From: a virus
Lineage: Duplodnaviria > Caudoviricetes
Strand: one strand, 5' to 3'
IMG/VR virus record: IMGVR_UViG_2910441116_000002
Coordinates: 1 to 64,000 of that record
Length of the DNA: 64,000 bases
The position numbers were made by a program, and so were the translations under genes. Positions 35,429-44,900 of this stretch are shown here, piece after piece; the stretch's first letter is position 1, and every line of letters begins with the position of its first letter. The notes under the pieces were generated by a model that saw only the letters and a list, made by a program, of their open reading frames with translations, did no database searches and was not told the DNA's origin.

Positions 35429-37153
35429 TTACGCGGTTTGGACTATCCCGTCACCTTTACACGTATTACAAGTAACTTCTCTACCTTGGTTGTCACTATA
35501 TACGGTTCCGGATCCTCCACACTCTGGGCAGATTTTCTCTTGTTCGGTTGTTTCGCTAGAGGATCCGCTCGTCTTTGACGGACTGCCGCCTTGATTTCCG
35601 TAAGGATCGCCACTAGCTCGATCTTGCATGCGCTCCTGTTCGATTTCTGCTTTCTTCGCTTGTACATTATCTACACCTGCGCGTTGCATTCCTCCGGCTT
35701 GAGATTCTAATCCCATTCCGATTTCTTCGCCTAACAACTCGACGAGTTCTTTACGGTTATCCGGCAATGGAAGTACGAATTTCATTTCGTTTGTATAATC
35801 GGTTATACTCGAAACTTCCGTCTTGTCATACGCAAAGTTGTTCTCGGCAGTTCGCGCTTGGAGATAACGGACTGATTTTTCGTGGAGCTCCGAAAGCTGA
35901 TAGCCCCAAACGTGCCAATGTTCTTCGGTGTCCGTGATGATGTCGTGGAAAAGGACTTGTAATGCCTCACCGTTTAGTCCACCGAAGTTCAACTCCTGTG
36001 GTACAATTTGTGGTAAGCCGGAGACCTCATGCATTGCGCCTTTCACTCGCGCGTATTGGTCTTTAAATGCGTCCTTCCAACGGAAACTCGATTCGACCTT
36101 TTTAATATCCGGTGATTGTCCTTCGTAATTTCCAGTCGCTTCAAGTACGGAGCCTGGCGCAACCTCCATTTTGTCGGCGGTTCCTTCCGGCGCGTTTAGT
36201 ACGGCGGTCATCGAAAACATTTCGAATTTCATCGAGTCGATTGCGTCCTCGTTCATCTGGTTAAGAACGTCGTTTTGTTCGCGTAAATCTGAAATCTCGC
36301 CTTCGCCGGTTTCTTCGCCTAATAGATCGTTCACCGGAAAAGTAACAACCGGAATAAAATCGATGCCCATCGGAGAATACGGCGTGATTTCCTCGAGTAA
36401 TTCGAGGTCATCCTGGCGGTATACGCCTTCTTCGAGGTAACACCCGCCGTCTTCTTCGATGCGAAACGTCTGCTTCTGAATAGCGCGGATTTCTTCGCCG
36501 TCTGGCGCTTCGACGATTTTCTGCCGGACGAAATGAGCCGCGATTAAGTCCTCGAAATCATCGTCGGAGAAAACCGGGATGAACTCGGTGTCAGGGCGCC
36601 AAATCCAACGTAATTTCCCTGTCCGCTGATTAAATACGATCTTACATACGACTCTATCCGCGATTAACCGGTCACGCGCCGCTTGTATCAATTTCGAGCG
36701 CATCTTGTTTTCGTCCCATAACCGATAAAGCAACCGTTCGTAAGCGTCCGCCTGGTTATCTACGCGTTTTTGTTCGGGAGACGGCGTGTAACCTTCGGCC
36801 AACCTCGCCTCCTGCGAATCAACGTCTTTACGCGGAACCTGGATGCCGTGTTTTCCGCCCATCTGCCAACGTGCTTTACGGTCGATAATCGCCTTGAAAT
36901 AATTCGTTGCATAACGCGTTGGGTCGTAATCTAATCCGGCGGGACGTTCTAACTCCGTCGCTTTAACGAGTCGGCCGGTTTTCGGGTCGACGTGCTGCTT
37001 ACCGTCGTAATATTCGTAGTTTTCGAATTGCGTCCGGAGCCTTTCGCGTGTTTCCGAGCCTAGCGATTGATCGAAGGCGTCGAATAGAAGGTCGTCCATC
37101 GTCTCCGGTGCTAGTAAATTGTAATCAGCCATGTATTTCGTGAATCTCGCGAT
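35429..37153 (-). CDS. Portal protein (SPP1 gp6-like) with C-terminal CxxCxGxG zinc finger; probable ATC start (ATG alternative at 37132)
   Basis: YYDGKQ, NY.K.IID, IPVV.F.N, LNGEAL; follows TerL; SD AAAGGAGGCGATC. Confidence 0.88.
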   Translation of the reverse strand: MARFTKYMADYNLLAPETMDDLLFDAFDQSLGSETRERLRTQFENYEYYDGKQHVDPKTGRLVKATELERPAGLDYDPTRYATNYFKAIIDRKARWQMGGKHGIQVPRKDVDSQEARLAEGYTPSPEQKRVDNQADAYERLLYRLWDENKMRSKLIQAARDRLIADRVVCKIVFNQRTGKLRWIWRPDTEFIPVFSDDDFEDLIAAHFVRQKIVEAPDGEEIRAIQKQTFRIEEDGGCYLEEGVYRQDDLELLEEITPYSPMGIDFIPVVTFPVNDLLGEETGEGEISDLREQNDVLNQMNEDAIDSMKFEMFSMTAVLNAPEGTADKMEVAPGSVLEATGNYEGQSPDIKKVESSFRWKDAFKDQYARVKGAMHEVSGLPQIVPQELNFGGLNGEALQVLFHDIITDTEEHWHVWGYQLSELHEKSVRYLQARTAENNFAYDKTEVSSITDYTNEMKFVLPLPDNRKELVELLGEEIGMGLESQAGGMQRAGVDNVQAKKAEIEQERMQDRASGDPYGNQGGSPSKTSGSSSETTEQEKICPECGGSGTVYSDNQGREVTCNTCKGDGIVQTA

Positions 37154-37196
37154 TATGATCGCCTCCTTTCGTGAGTTTGGTTGCTACCGCCGCTTG

Positions 37197-38963
37197 CTAC
37201 CGCATTCTCTTACGTGACATCCGGACAACGGCGTCGTTTGCCTTGCTCGCGGAAACGGCCATTTCCACCGCGTCAATTACGTCGTCATGCGCGCCTTGTC
37301 CGTACCGCTCGAATTGCTCGAGCATTAAGTGATGTTTGCGGGAAAAGCGAATAGCCCCGGACTCTATCCGAGGTAACATCGTTTCTATACGTAGCTCTTT
37401 CCGCGAGCGTTGATGGACTTTCTTTACGCGTGTATGAGCCGGATAACCTTCCGCCGTTAGCCGCGTTTTGAGCGTTTCGACGAAAAACTCTTGCGCTGCT
37501 TGCGCTTCTGCCGCGATTATGTCCGGTTGATATTCGAGAACCTTTTCGACTATATCGTCGATGAATTTGTCGGGGAGTACCCGTTCACCGTACGTATCAA
37601 TTACGTTATCGATATCCTTTTCGCGATGGTGTGCGTTAATTGCGATAGCGGAGTAATCACCGCGTTCTTTACCGAGCGCAAAGTCGATACCCATCGAGAA
37701 TAAATAACCCGCGTGAGTAAAGTCGGATTTCGTTTGGTGTTCGTCCCAGTACGTAAAGTGCTCCGGATTAAAGATCATCGATTCCTCGTCGACCGGATTA
37801 TTCATATACTCCGTGTTAAACGCTTTAGATCCGTTATCCCATTTCCACTCCATAAGCTCGAGAATCGGCTTTACTTCCGGCCACAAAACCTTAACGCCTT
37901 TTAACATTTCGTCCTCATTTTCGTGATAGAATTGCTCGGCGTCTTGCTTTCGGTTTTTGTTGTCGCGGTCGATGTAAATTTCTCGGCATTGTTCCCATAA
38001 GTCCGTTCGTACTGGGTGCTCAATAATAGCTTTATAAATTCGTGACTCGAAATCTGAACGGTGGTGTAGAACCTGCATTAACAACGCTTCCCAATGAACT
38101 GTCGTACCCATGTAGACGAACGCGGTCTTTTTACCTTTCGGATCGCCTAACGGCATAACCGTTTGCGAAAACCAATCCTTTAGTTTCGCCCGTTGTTCCG
38201 GCGTACTTGCGTTTCCTCCTGGGCGGGCGTCTTCTAAGTCGTCCATGACTATAAGCGAAGGTCGTGAGCCGTTCCAGTTTCGTCCACGCAACGCCTGCCC
38301 GGTTGAAGCCGCCTCAACTAACGAAAGTTGCCGGCGTTTTTCTCCGGTGGAATCGAGGTGCCACGCGATAAATGACTCGGAGTTGTCTTGTATGTTCGAT
38401 TGATCTTTCGGTGACAACAACGGCCCGAAGTCTGCGCGTAGTTTCTCGTTAAACTTCATCTGATTACGGATCCATTCCATGTTACCTTTCGAGACGTTCG
38501 GCGTTTCCGAGATAATGATGATGTACTTGCGGAGCCGGTAAACGACCTGGTGTACCGGAAAGTTTTTCGATAAGTACGTTGATTTCGCGTGCGAACGCGG
38601 AGCAGCAACCGCAACCTTCGCGTTTACTTTTTCCGTGGAAACCTCGTTCATAATCCCCGCTATTTCTTCGTGAAAGCCGGGCGCTTCCGATTTATCCTCG
38701 ATGTCAAAGCCGTCCCAGTTACCTTCATTTCCGGGGTTTCGTGATTCCGAGAAATATTCGATGGCAAACTCGAGCTGGTCGTCCTTGCAGCGTTCAACCC
38801 GTTCGAGCTTCGACCAAACGAGGAAATTTTCCTGCGCTTCGGGCGGCCAATCGCTCGGGTCTGCGCCGTATTCTACTTCGTAGGTTTCGATGAGTTCCGT
38901 GTATAAAGCGAGCATTTCTTTGCGTTCTTCGTCGTATAGCCAACGTTGGTCAACCCAAGCGAT
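37197..38963 (-). CDS. terL: Terminase large subunit; probable ATC start
   Basis: APRSHAKST Walker A, LIVMDDLED, GTT, IDFA, HDDVIDA nuclease motif; SD GGAGGTG 6 nt before ATC. Confidence 0.93.
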   Translation of the reverse strand: MAWVDQRWLYDEERKEMLALYTELIETYEVEYGADPSDWPPEAQENFLVWSKLERVERCKDDQLEFAIEYFSESRNPGNEGNWDGFDIEDKSEAPGFHEEIAGIMNEVSTEKVNAKVAVAAPRSHAKSTYLSKNFPVHQVVYRLRKYIIIISETPNVSKGNMEWIRNQMKFNEKLRADFGPLLSPKDQSNIQDNSESFIAWHLDSTGEKRRQLSLVEAASTGQALRGRNWNGSRPSLIVMDDLEDARPGGNASTPEQRAKLKDWFSQTVMPLGDPKGKKTAFVYMGTTVHWEALLMQVLHHRSDFESRIYKAIIEHPVRTDLWEQCREIYIDRDNKNRKQDAEQFYHENEDEMLKGVKVLWPEVKPILELMEWKWDNGSKAFNTEYMNNPVDEESMIFNPEHFTYWDEHQTKSDFTHAGYLFSMGIDFALGKERGDYSAIAINAHHREKDIDNVIDTYGERVLPDKFIDDIVEKVLEYQPDIIAAEAQAAQEFFVETLKTRLTAEGYPAHTRVKKVHQRSRKELRIETMLPRIESGAIRFSRKHHLMLEQFERYGQGAHDDVIDAVEMAVSASKANDAVVRMSRKRMR

Positions 38964-38989
38964 CGTAACCACCTCCGTTTCTTTCGTTG

Positions 38990-39027
38990 ATATTTCGCTT
39001 GACTTTCGGCTCTCCCCGTTATATACT
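38990..39027 (+). promoter_or_regulatory. SigmaA promoter for mini-recombinase
   Basis: TTGACT-N17-TATACT; 20-bp block identical to 44805-44824. Confidence 0.75.
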
Positions 39028-39061
39028 GAATGCAACACAAATTACGAGGGAGTTGTTTTCC

Positions 39062-39601
39062 GTGAATATCGTAGAACCCATACGTGACACCGCCGATATT
39101 GAGCGCATGAAAAAAGAGCTAACACCCGGAAGAGATCGGTTACTCTTCATCATCGGCATTAACTCGGGACTCCGGATTTCCGACGTCCTACCACTACGCG
39201 TAAAAGATGTCCGCGACCAAAAAGCGATTACCGTCCGCGAAGGTAAAACGGGGAAAACCCGGACGTTCGCGCTTAACCAGGCGATTCAAACCGCTGTTAG
39301 CGAAAACATTCCGGCGGATGAGCCGGACGATAACCTCCTTTTTCCGTCGCGTAAAGGAAACAAGCCGATTACACGGACGACTGCTTGGCGGATTCTGAAT
39401 ACCGCGGCCGAACGAGCCGGCGTAGAAAAGATCGGGACACATTCACTTCGAAAAACGATGGGATATCACGCGTACCAAAACGGCGTCGACCTTACGGTTA
39501 TTCAAGCGATCCTTAATCACGCCAGTCAACGCGAAACTTTGCGGTATATCGGCATCGTCCAAGACGACATCGACAACGTATTCAACGCGATTAACCTGTA
39601 G
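39062..39601 (+). CDS. Short tyrosine recombinase (catalytic domain only, 179 aa)
   Basis: VEPIRD, SGLRISD, EGKTGK, HSLRKT, LNH, TLRYIG; GTG start with GAGGGAG. Confidence 0.92.
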   Translation: MNIVEPIRDTADIERMKKELTPGRDRLLFIIGINSGLRISDVLPLRVKDVRDQKAITVREGKTGKTRTFALNQAIQTAVSENIPADEPDDNLLFPSRKGNKPITRTTAWRILNTAAERAGVEKIGTHSLRKTMGYHAYQNGVDLTVIQAILNHASQRETLRYIGIVQDDIDNVFNAINL

Positions 39602-39624
39602 CTTCGCCCGGACTACGTCCAGCT

Positions 39625-39666
39625 TACGTCACATTTCCGTTTTAAAGCGGGCGTGTGGCGTTTTTG
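39625..39666 (+). terminator. Rho-independent terminator
   Basis: ACGTCACA..TGTGGCGT imperfect stem followed by T run. Confidence 0.55.
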
Positions 39667-40267
39667 TTCGTTTAGAGGGCGTAAGTACCCGATAGGCTAC
39701 AAAACGGCTTAGAGGCGTTAATTTTGCGGGAATACTACGTGATTACATCGTCAGGGTTCCGTCGGCTACGGGAGTTGCGTATAATGTGCGTATCAGGTAC
39801 GTTGAGAGGACGGAGGTCAAAGCGAAAATTTGATTCGCGGATTTTAGAGTCGCCCGGCGGCGGCCCGGCGGTTTCGACCCGCCCCCGCCCTTTTTCGTCC
39901 GACCGTATACGCATGCAATACTCCGCATAAGCGACTCTCTATGAGTGTGTTGCATTCACCGCAAGATCCCCGTCATATCAACGCGTAATTCCTCCGTAAA
40001 ATCCTCCGCATAATATGCAGGGGAATAATCCGCGCTATGACAGCGTTATTCCTCCGCAAATCCTGCATAAAATTCCGTATAAACGCCACGCCAAATCCGC
40101 CAAAGTGTTCGGGAGGGCGCGCGTCTAGTGGGCGTTGCTGATAAATCCGGTCAACACACGTCACTACCGCTTGCTACGGCGTACACTATATCCGTAACAT
40201 ATCCGCTTTCCTTCCTATTATATGTGCGCCATATATCACGTATAAGCGGTACTTCGTATTCCGCTAC

Positions 40268-40645
40268 CTATTCCTCGTCATTATTCCGCTGCTTGAACCG
40301 AGCTAACTCCGCTCTAACTGCGTCCGTGTTCGCCTTCTCTTCCTTCGTATTAACTTCGTGCTTTTCCGTAAGTAAACCGAGGCTCTGCATAAACGTACGG
40401 TACATGGCCGCGTTACCCTCGTCTACAATATGATCCGGAATAGAGCGCATTACTCTCGGTAAGTCACCGACTGCTGCCCGCATAACCTGACGCTTAAGCT
40501 CGTCGTTAAAGTCGTCCTGGCTGCGCCATCTCCTCAGCGTACTAACGTCACATCCGACCTTTTCCGCCACTTCCTCGTACATTAAGTCCGTTTCCGTCAA
40601 TAATGCGATAGCTGCGTACTGCTTCTCGTTCAGTTTCTTCGCCAT
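40268..40645 (-). CDS. Putative terminase small subunit (phBC6A51-like HTH)
   Basis: LNEKQYAAIALL..YEEVAEKVGCDVSTLRRW; nearest HTH gene upstream of terL. Confidence 0.75.
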   Translation of the reverse strand: MAKKLNEKQYAAIALLTETDLMYEEVAEKVGCDVSTLRRWRSQDDFNDELKRQVMRAAVGDLPRVMRSIPDHIVDEGNAAMYRTFMQSLGLLTEKHEVNTKEEKANTDAVRAELARFKQRNNDEE

Positions 40646-40650
40646 TTGCG

Positions 40651-40848
40651 TTAACCTCCTTTCCGTTCCGATTTATCTCCGAAAGTACAACCGTCCTCAG
40701 GCGTTACGTATATCGCACTATATTCGTAATCATCCTCGTCATAACCGAACAGTTTCGTACAAAAGCCGTAATGTTCCTCGTAAAATACGCAGTCCTTACA
40801 TCGGACTAGCTCGTTTGCCTCCGGTTTGTTTGCGTTTGTGTTCGCCAT
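40651..40848 (-). CDS. Small Cys-rich protein
   Basis: VRCKDC..C..C; strong RBS. Confidence 0.6.
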   Translation of the reverse strand: MANTNANKPEANELVRCKDCVFYEEHYGFCTKLFGYDEDDYEYSAIYVTPEDGCTFGDKSERKGG

Positions 40849-41015
40849 ACTAAAACCTCCTCCTTCGCTATACCTACGATCTTATGTGACGCCCATTCAT
40901 CGCCAGGTTGCGTAGTATCCTCCGTAATGGACGTTAATCGGACGGCACGTTCTCCGTCTGGCTTGTCGTTCAACTTACGTGTCATATGTCCGTGCCTCCT
41001 TCGGAATGATTAAGT

Positions 41016-41276
41016 TCAAGATGTTCTAAAAACGTTTCTTACGTCATACCACGATTGACCTTGCGTTAACATCTCTTCGTATTCTTCGTGCCTCTTAACG
41101 TCTTGTATACGGTACTCAAGCGTGTTATATCGAACACCTAAAGCAGATTTTCCGTAGGATATAGCGTAGTCATCTTGGTACAATCCGTCAGTAGATTCTG
41201 CGTTTAACGCGCGTGCTTGGTCGGTTGTATCAACGACAATGAGACGGTTCACAAATTTCGCCATTGCTCGGTCCAC
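41016..41276 (-). CDS. Hypothetical protein
   Basis: RBS GGAGGTG. Confidence 0.55.
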   Translation of the reverse strand: MDRAMAKFVNRLIVVDTTDQARALNAESTDGLYQDDYAISYGKSALGVRYNTLEYRIQDVKRHEEYEEMLTQGQSWYDVRNVFRTS

Positions 41277-41577
41277 CTCCGTTAATATTAAAGTTGCAGC
41301 GCGCTTACCTTTTCTTTCTTTTTAGCGCCACTTTTTCTTTCTTTTGGTCAACTTCTTTGGCGTACTTGACACCCTTTAAATAATCCCTTGCCCTTTATCA
41401 CGTTATCTTTTACGTTTGTAACGAACTTCTCGTAATTAGCCTATTGGAAGCGAACTCTGCTTCCCGGAAACAACGAACGTAAGTGAGTAAGTTTCCAAGG
41501 GGTTTCCGTACTTTCTCTTTTGCTTCGCTATTACTATTCTTTTTAATTCGTTCTCTTTAGTTCGTTCTTATTACTGA

Positions 41578-41640
41578 GCCTGATCGGGTACATGACGTGT
41601 GCCTCCGCAGGTACATGACGTGTGCCTGATCGGGTACACG
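41578..41640. repeat. Three tandem 23-bp iterons (putative prophage origin)
   Basis: GCCTGATCGGGTACATGACGTGT / GCCTCCGCAGGTACATGACGTGT / GCCTGATCGGGTACACG next to AT-rich tract and wHTH gene. Confidence 0.75.
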
Positions 41641-41646
41641 GGAACT

Positions 41647-42042
41647 TTACCCGCTACCTTTCCGTCTGTACAACGGAAGATAAAATAGCTTCTCGCGGCC
41701 TGCGTGGTATTCTTTCTTCGTCTCCATCAGGCCCTCTGCGCGAAGGATCTCGGTAAGCCGCGTATATCTGTTCCGTTTGATGCCTGTATCACACTCGATC
41801 TGCGTCTGATTCGGAAACGCCCACATATATCGTTCGCCACCGCTCTCACCGTTCACATACGCCTGTAGATAGCCGTATAAGATTACGCAAGCCTGCGCTG
41901 TCCTGGCGTCGTACTTCTCTTTTATCTCCGGTAATATTTCGCGATACAGGACGTGCGGCGTAACCGCGTAGCCTCCTTCGCGTAATACCTCCGCCTTTTC
42001 TTGGGCGGCTTTTTGCGCTAATTGCCGGTAGTTCTCTTCCAT
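41647..42042 (-). CDS. Single winged-HTH protein (replisome-organiser-like N-domain)
   Basis: ILYGYL..WAFPNQTQIECDTGI.R..L..EGL. Confidence 0.75.
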   Translation of the reverse strand: MEENYRQLAQKAAQEKAEVLREGGYAVTPHVLYREILPEIKEKYDARTAQACVILYGYLQAYVNGESGGERYMWAFPNQTQIECDTGIKRNRYTRLTEILRAEGLMETKKEYHAGREKLFYLPLYRRKGSG

Positions 42043-42113
42043 ATCTTATTCCTCCGTTACTGTTGTCGTAATATACTGTCGAGGGCCAACTGGCCGTTAA
42101 TTTAAGGTTGTGC

Positions 42114-42290
42114 TTAACTTTTCTCACGCTTCCACTCGGAAAGCACGCCGGTTAACTTGTCCGTTTGCTTAAAGAGCCAGAATTTCTTTCCGGTTTTCTC
42201 GTTTAATCCAACGCAAATAAAACGCTCGCCTTCGTTCAGCAAGCGCCCTTTTAAGCGCGGAGAGTAACAATAGAAATACTGTTCGTTCAT
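42114..42290 (-). CDS. Unlisted 58-aa hypothetical protein
   Basis: MNEQYFYCYSPRLK..FWLF; RBS GGAGGG. Confidence 0.65.
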   Translation of the reverse strand: MNEQYFYCYSPRLKGRLLNEGERFICVGLNEKTGKKFWLFKQTDKLTGVLSEWKREKS

Positions 42291-42456
42291 TCGTAATCCC
42301 TCCGTTTACTATTTATGCGAACTCCCGATCACTTCAACCGCTTGCATAACGTCGACTGTCTCGTACGCCTTATCGACCATTTCGGCTGTCACGCCGTAAT
42401 ATGTGCCGAGTGTTTTGTCGTCCAATTCGTCTATGATTCGGATATCGTACGTCGTA

Positions 42457-43035
42457 TTAATCGTGATTCACCACGATCCTAGCCGGACCACTCGTACGGA
42501 ATGCCCGCTCTTGCCCGTCGAAAGCGTCCGCGTAATGGACGACAATATCTCCGTGAGCTGCACGCTCTTCATCGACGCCTTCTCGCTGCGCTAATTCGTC
42601 CGCTAACTCTGCGGTTGAGTACCGGCTTATGTCACGCGCCTTTTGCCAAAAGTACTCCGCAGTACCTGGCGGTTTTGTTTCGCTCGTCAGAACCTCGAGC
42701 GCGCGTTTGTAATCGCTCAAGTCCGTAGCTTTACCCGCCTCTTCAACGTCCTTTAACGCCCTCGCAGCCGCTTTTGCTTCGCGCTGTACCGCTTTGAGTC
42801 CGGTTAGGGCCTCGGAGCAATCGAGGTCCACCGTAAGCTCTCCGACTGATTTCCGCTTTGACTCCGGAGGCTCGGTCGATAGGAGGTGCGTATAGTAGTA
42901 CGTTCCGTCCGATAGCCAGACGTTATAGTCGCCTTCTTGCGCGAGTATTCGATTACCTTCTCGTTTAAGTACCTTAAGTAATTCTCTTCCGCCTCTTCGT
43001 ACGACAAATCCGCGCGCATTGTTTTCTGCCGCCAT
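42457..43035 (-). CDS. Hypothetical protein
   Basis: RBS AAGGAG; GLKAVQREA and YSTAELADELAQREGV segments typical of Bacillus phage small proteins. Confidence 0.65.
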   Translation of the reverse strand: MAAENNARGFVVRRGGRELLKVLKREGNRILAQEGDYNVWLSDGTYYYTHLLSTEPPESKRKSVGELTVDLDCSEALTGLKAVQREAKAAARALKDVEEAGKATDLSDYKRALEVLTSETKPPGTAEYFWQKARDISRYSTAELADELAQREGVDEERAAHGDIVVHYADAFDGQERAFRTSGPARIVVNHD

Positions 43036-43162
43036 TTTCGTCAGCTCCTTTTCGCCTTTCGGCTCGATTTAATTCGTCAAATTTTCGCAAAGGAAAACGC
43101 CGGCCGTTAAGCCCGCGTAATTTTACCTAAATTTCCCTTACATTCTTTAATACCCAACGTTT

Positions 43163-43945
43163 TTAGGGTAAATACAGGGTTTCTCCGAAAAATTCCTTTA
43201 AATCTTCTTCGTTTGTCCGGTATTTTCCGTATATTCCGTGGAACTCGTAGTGGCATGGCTCGCACAATGTAACGCCGTTGTCGGTATCCATCCGTAATTC
43301 CGGATAGTCTGCGTAGTTATGAATATGATGGGCGTGCATTATTCCGGCCCTGCGGTCACACATCGGATTTTGGCATCGGTATCTATCGCGCTCTTTAACC
43401 GTAGCCGCCCATTGCTGAACGCCGTCTCCTCTGCCTTCGCTATTCTTTCGCTTATCAATCGGCGAAGAAGGGTCGGTAAAATACGTAGTAACAGGCTGTT
43501 CCTCGTTTATTTGGTCGTATTCATCGACTTCCTTAGTTACCTGCGCCTTTAATGTTACCTTATTACATTCCGGGTACATGCTAATATCCTCTCTCATAAT
43601 AAGTAACTTATCGATTTCTTCCTTATGAAATGGAACCTCATAACGTTTTGATTCATTTCTTTTATTACCGCCGTTCTTTCTCCGATTCAATTGAGATTCA
43701 CTAAGAATAGGGTATTCTTCACGTTTCATTTTACCAGGACTAGAGTTAGACAACGTTTCGTGCAATAGTGCGTCCGCCATCTTCTCAAGGAAATAATCAG
43801 CCGGATAATCTCCGTGGTCGTCGTAGTATTGCTCACACATCTCGTGAGATAAAAATCCTCGGCTTTCCGGAGGTTCTTCGTGAAGGTGCTTAACAGCTTT
43901 TCGAAATGAAACGTCGTAATCATTCCTCTTCTTTAATGACAACAT
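43163..43945 (-). CDS. Paralogue of upstream gene fused to C-terminal HNH endonuclease
   Basis: RDRYRCQ..C..HAHHI..NGVTLCEPCH..FH. Confidence 0.85.
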   Translation of the reverse strand: MLSLKKRNDYDVSFRKAVKHLHEEPPESRGFLSHEMCEQYYDDHGDYPADYFLEKMADALLHETLSNSSPGKMKREEYPILSESQLNRRKNGGNKRNESKRYEVPFHKEEIDKLLIMREDISMYPECNKVTLKAQVTKEVDEYDQINEEQPVTTYFTDPSSPIDKRKNSEGRGDGVQQWAATVKERDRYRCQNPMCDRRAGIMHAHHIHNYADYPELRMDTDNGVTLCEPCHYEFHGIYGKYRTNEEDLKEFFGETLYLP

Positions 43946-44441
43946 TAAGCACCCCTTCCGTCCTACCTTTAATAAAGTCGTTATACCGTTTTCTCATCGC
44001 TTTGTTATGCGCTTTATGTCTACGATCCATAAAAGAATTTTCGTATTTAGTACGTTGCCTACGTGTTCCCCTCGATACCCTCTCGGACTCCTTGTCGATA
44101 GCGGTGTCTTTCGTGTCCTTAGACGTCCTTTTATCTATCATCCGGTCGCTCATAAACGGATACTCCGCGTTGGCTATTTTATACGCGGTTGGATCACGTA
44201 ATTCTTCGTCTAGCATCAAGTCGGATAGTTGATCGAGGAGTTTTTCGTCTCTCATTCGTACATCTATCGGAGTTTTATCCGGATTTAGGCTGTCGATATG
44301 TTCCGCGTGTGCTAGCGCATATTCCTGCGTAGCCCTGTCGATAAGTACCGCTCTTTCCTCTCGAGTAAGTAATCCCGATTTTGTGTCGTGTTTTATTTTC
44401 GTTAATTGTTCGTTTAGTTTTTCGTTGTAATTTGCCGTCAT
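43920..44441 (-). CDS. Conserved phage hypothetical protein
   Basis: LDQLSDLMLDEEL.D..K....EYPFMS; coupled to sigma-like gene. Confidence 0.7.
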   Translation of the reverse strand: MTANYNEKLNEQLTKIKHDTKSGLLTREERAVLIDRATQEYALAHAEHIDSLNPDKTPIDVRMRDEKLLDQLSDLMLDEELRDPTAYKIANAEYPFMSDRMIDKRTSKDTKDTAIDKESERVSRGTRRQRTKYENSFMDRRHKAHNKAMRKRYNDFIKGRTEGVLNVVIKEEE

Positions 44442-44785
44442 TACTCCGCCTCCAATTCGTCTTTTGCGTCCTTGTGCCCCCATTGCTCGTACACTTCCGC
44501 AATCTTATCAACCGCACGCTCGTACGTTTCAATCACCGTCTGCTGACTCACGCCCATCCGCTCACCTGCGGCAACCTGCGTCATGTCCTCCTCGTAAATG
44601 TAGCGAAGCGCCTCCGCCTGCCTACCGGTTAGCTTCGCTTTCTCAACCGCCCGCTCAAGATCGAGGAGTATGTCGGTTGCCTCGAAATCGCCCGCGTACT
44701 TTTTCGCCTGGAAGGCCGGGTAGTTGCGGAGGAGGCGTTTCGTCTTTTGCGTATAGTCTTCCGTTTCTTCGCTATTGTCCGTCAT
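44441..44785 (-). CDS. Sigma-70 region 4-like HTH regulator (late control candidate)
   Basis: LTGRQAEAL..Y.EDMTQVAAGERMGVSQQTV. Confidence 0.8.
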   Translation of the reverse strand: MTDNSEETEDYTQKTKRLLRNYPAFQAKKYAGDFEATDILLDLERAVEKAKLTGRQAEALRYIYEEDMTQVAAGERMGVSQQTVIETYERAVDKIAEVYEQWGHKDAKDELEAE

Positions 44786-44804
44786 TTAATCGCTCCTCTT
44801 ACGT

Positions 44805-44842
44805 ATATTTCGCTTGACTTTCGGGTAAACTCGTAGTAACAT
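44805..44842 (+). promoter_or_regulatory. SigmaA promoter
   Basis: TTGACT-N17-TAACAT; first 20 bp identical to 38990-39009. Confidence 0.65.
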
Positions 44843-44900
44843 GTCGTTAGATATTCGCTGTATTAACGTAAACAGACCGGCTATGAAAGGATTGAATACG

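Noticed and set aside
38964-39061. ORF-track starts for terL (39038) and recombinase (38987)
   Set aside because: They overlap each other and the promoter and lack SD; SD-supported starts are 38963 and 39062
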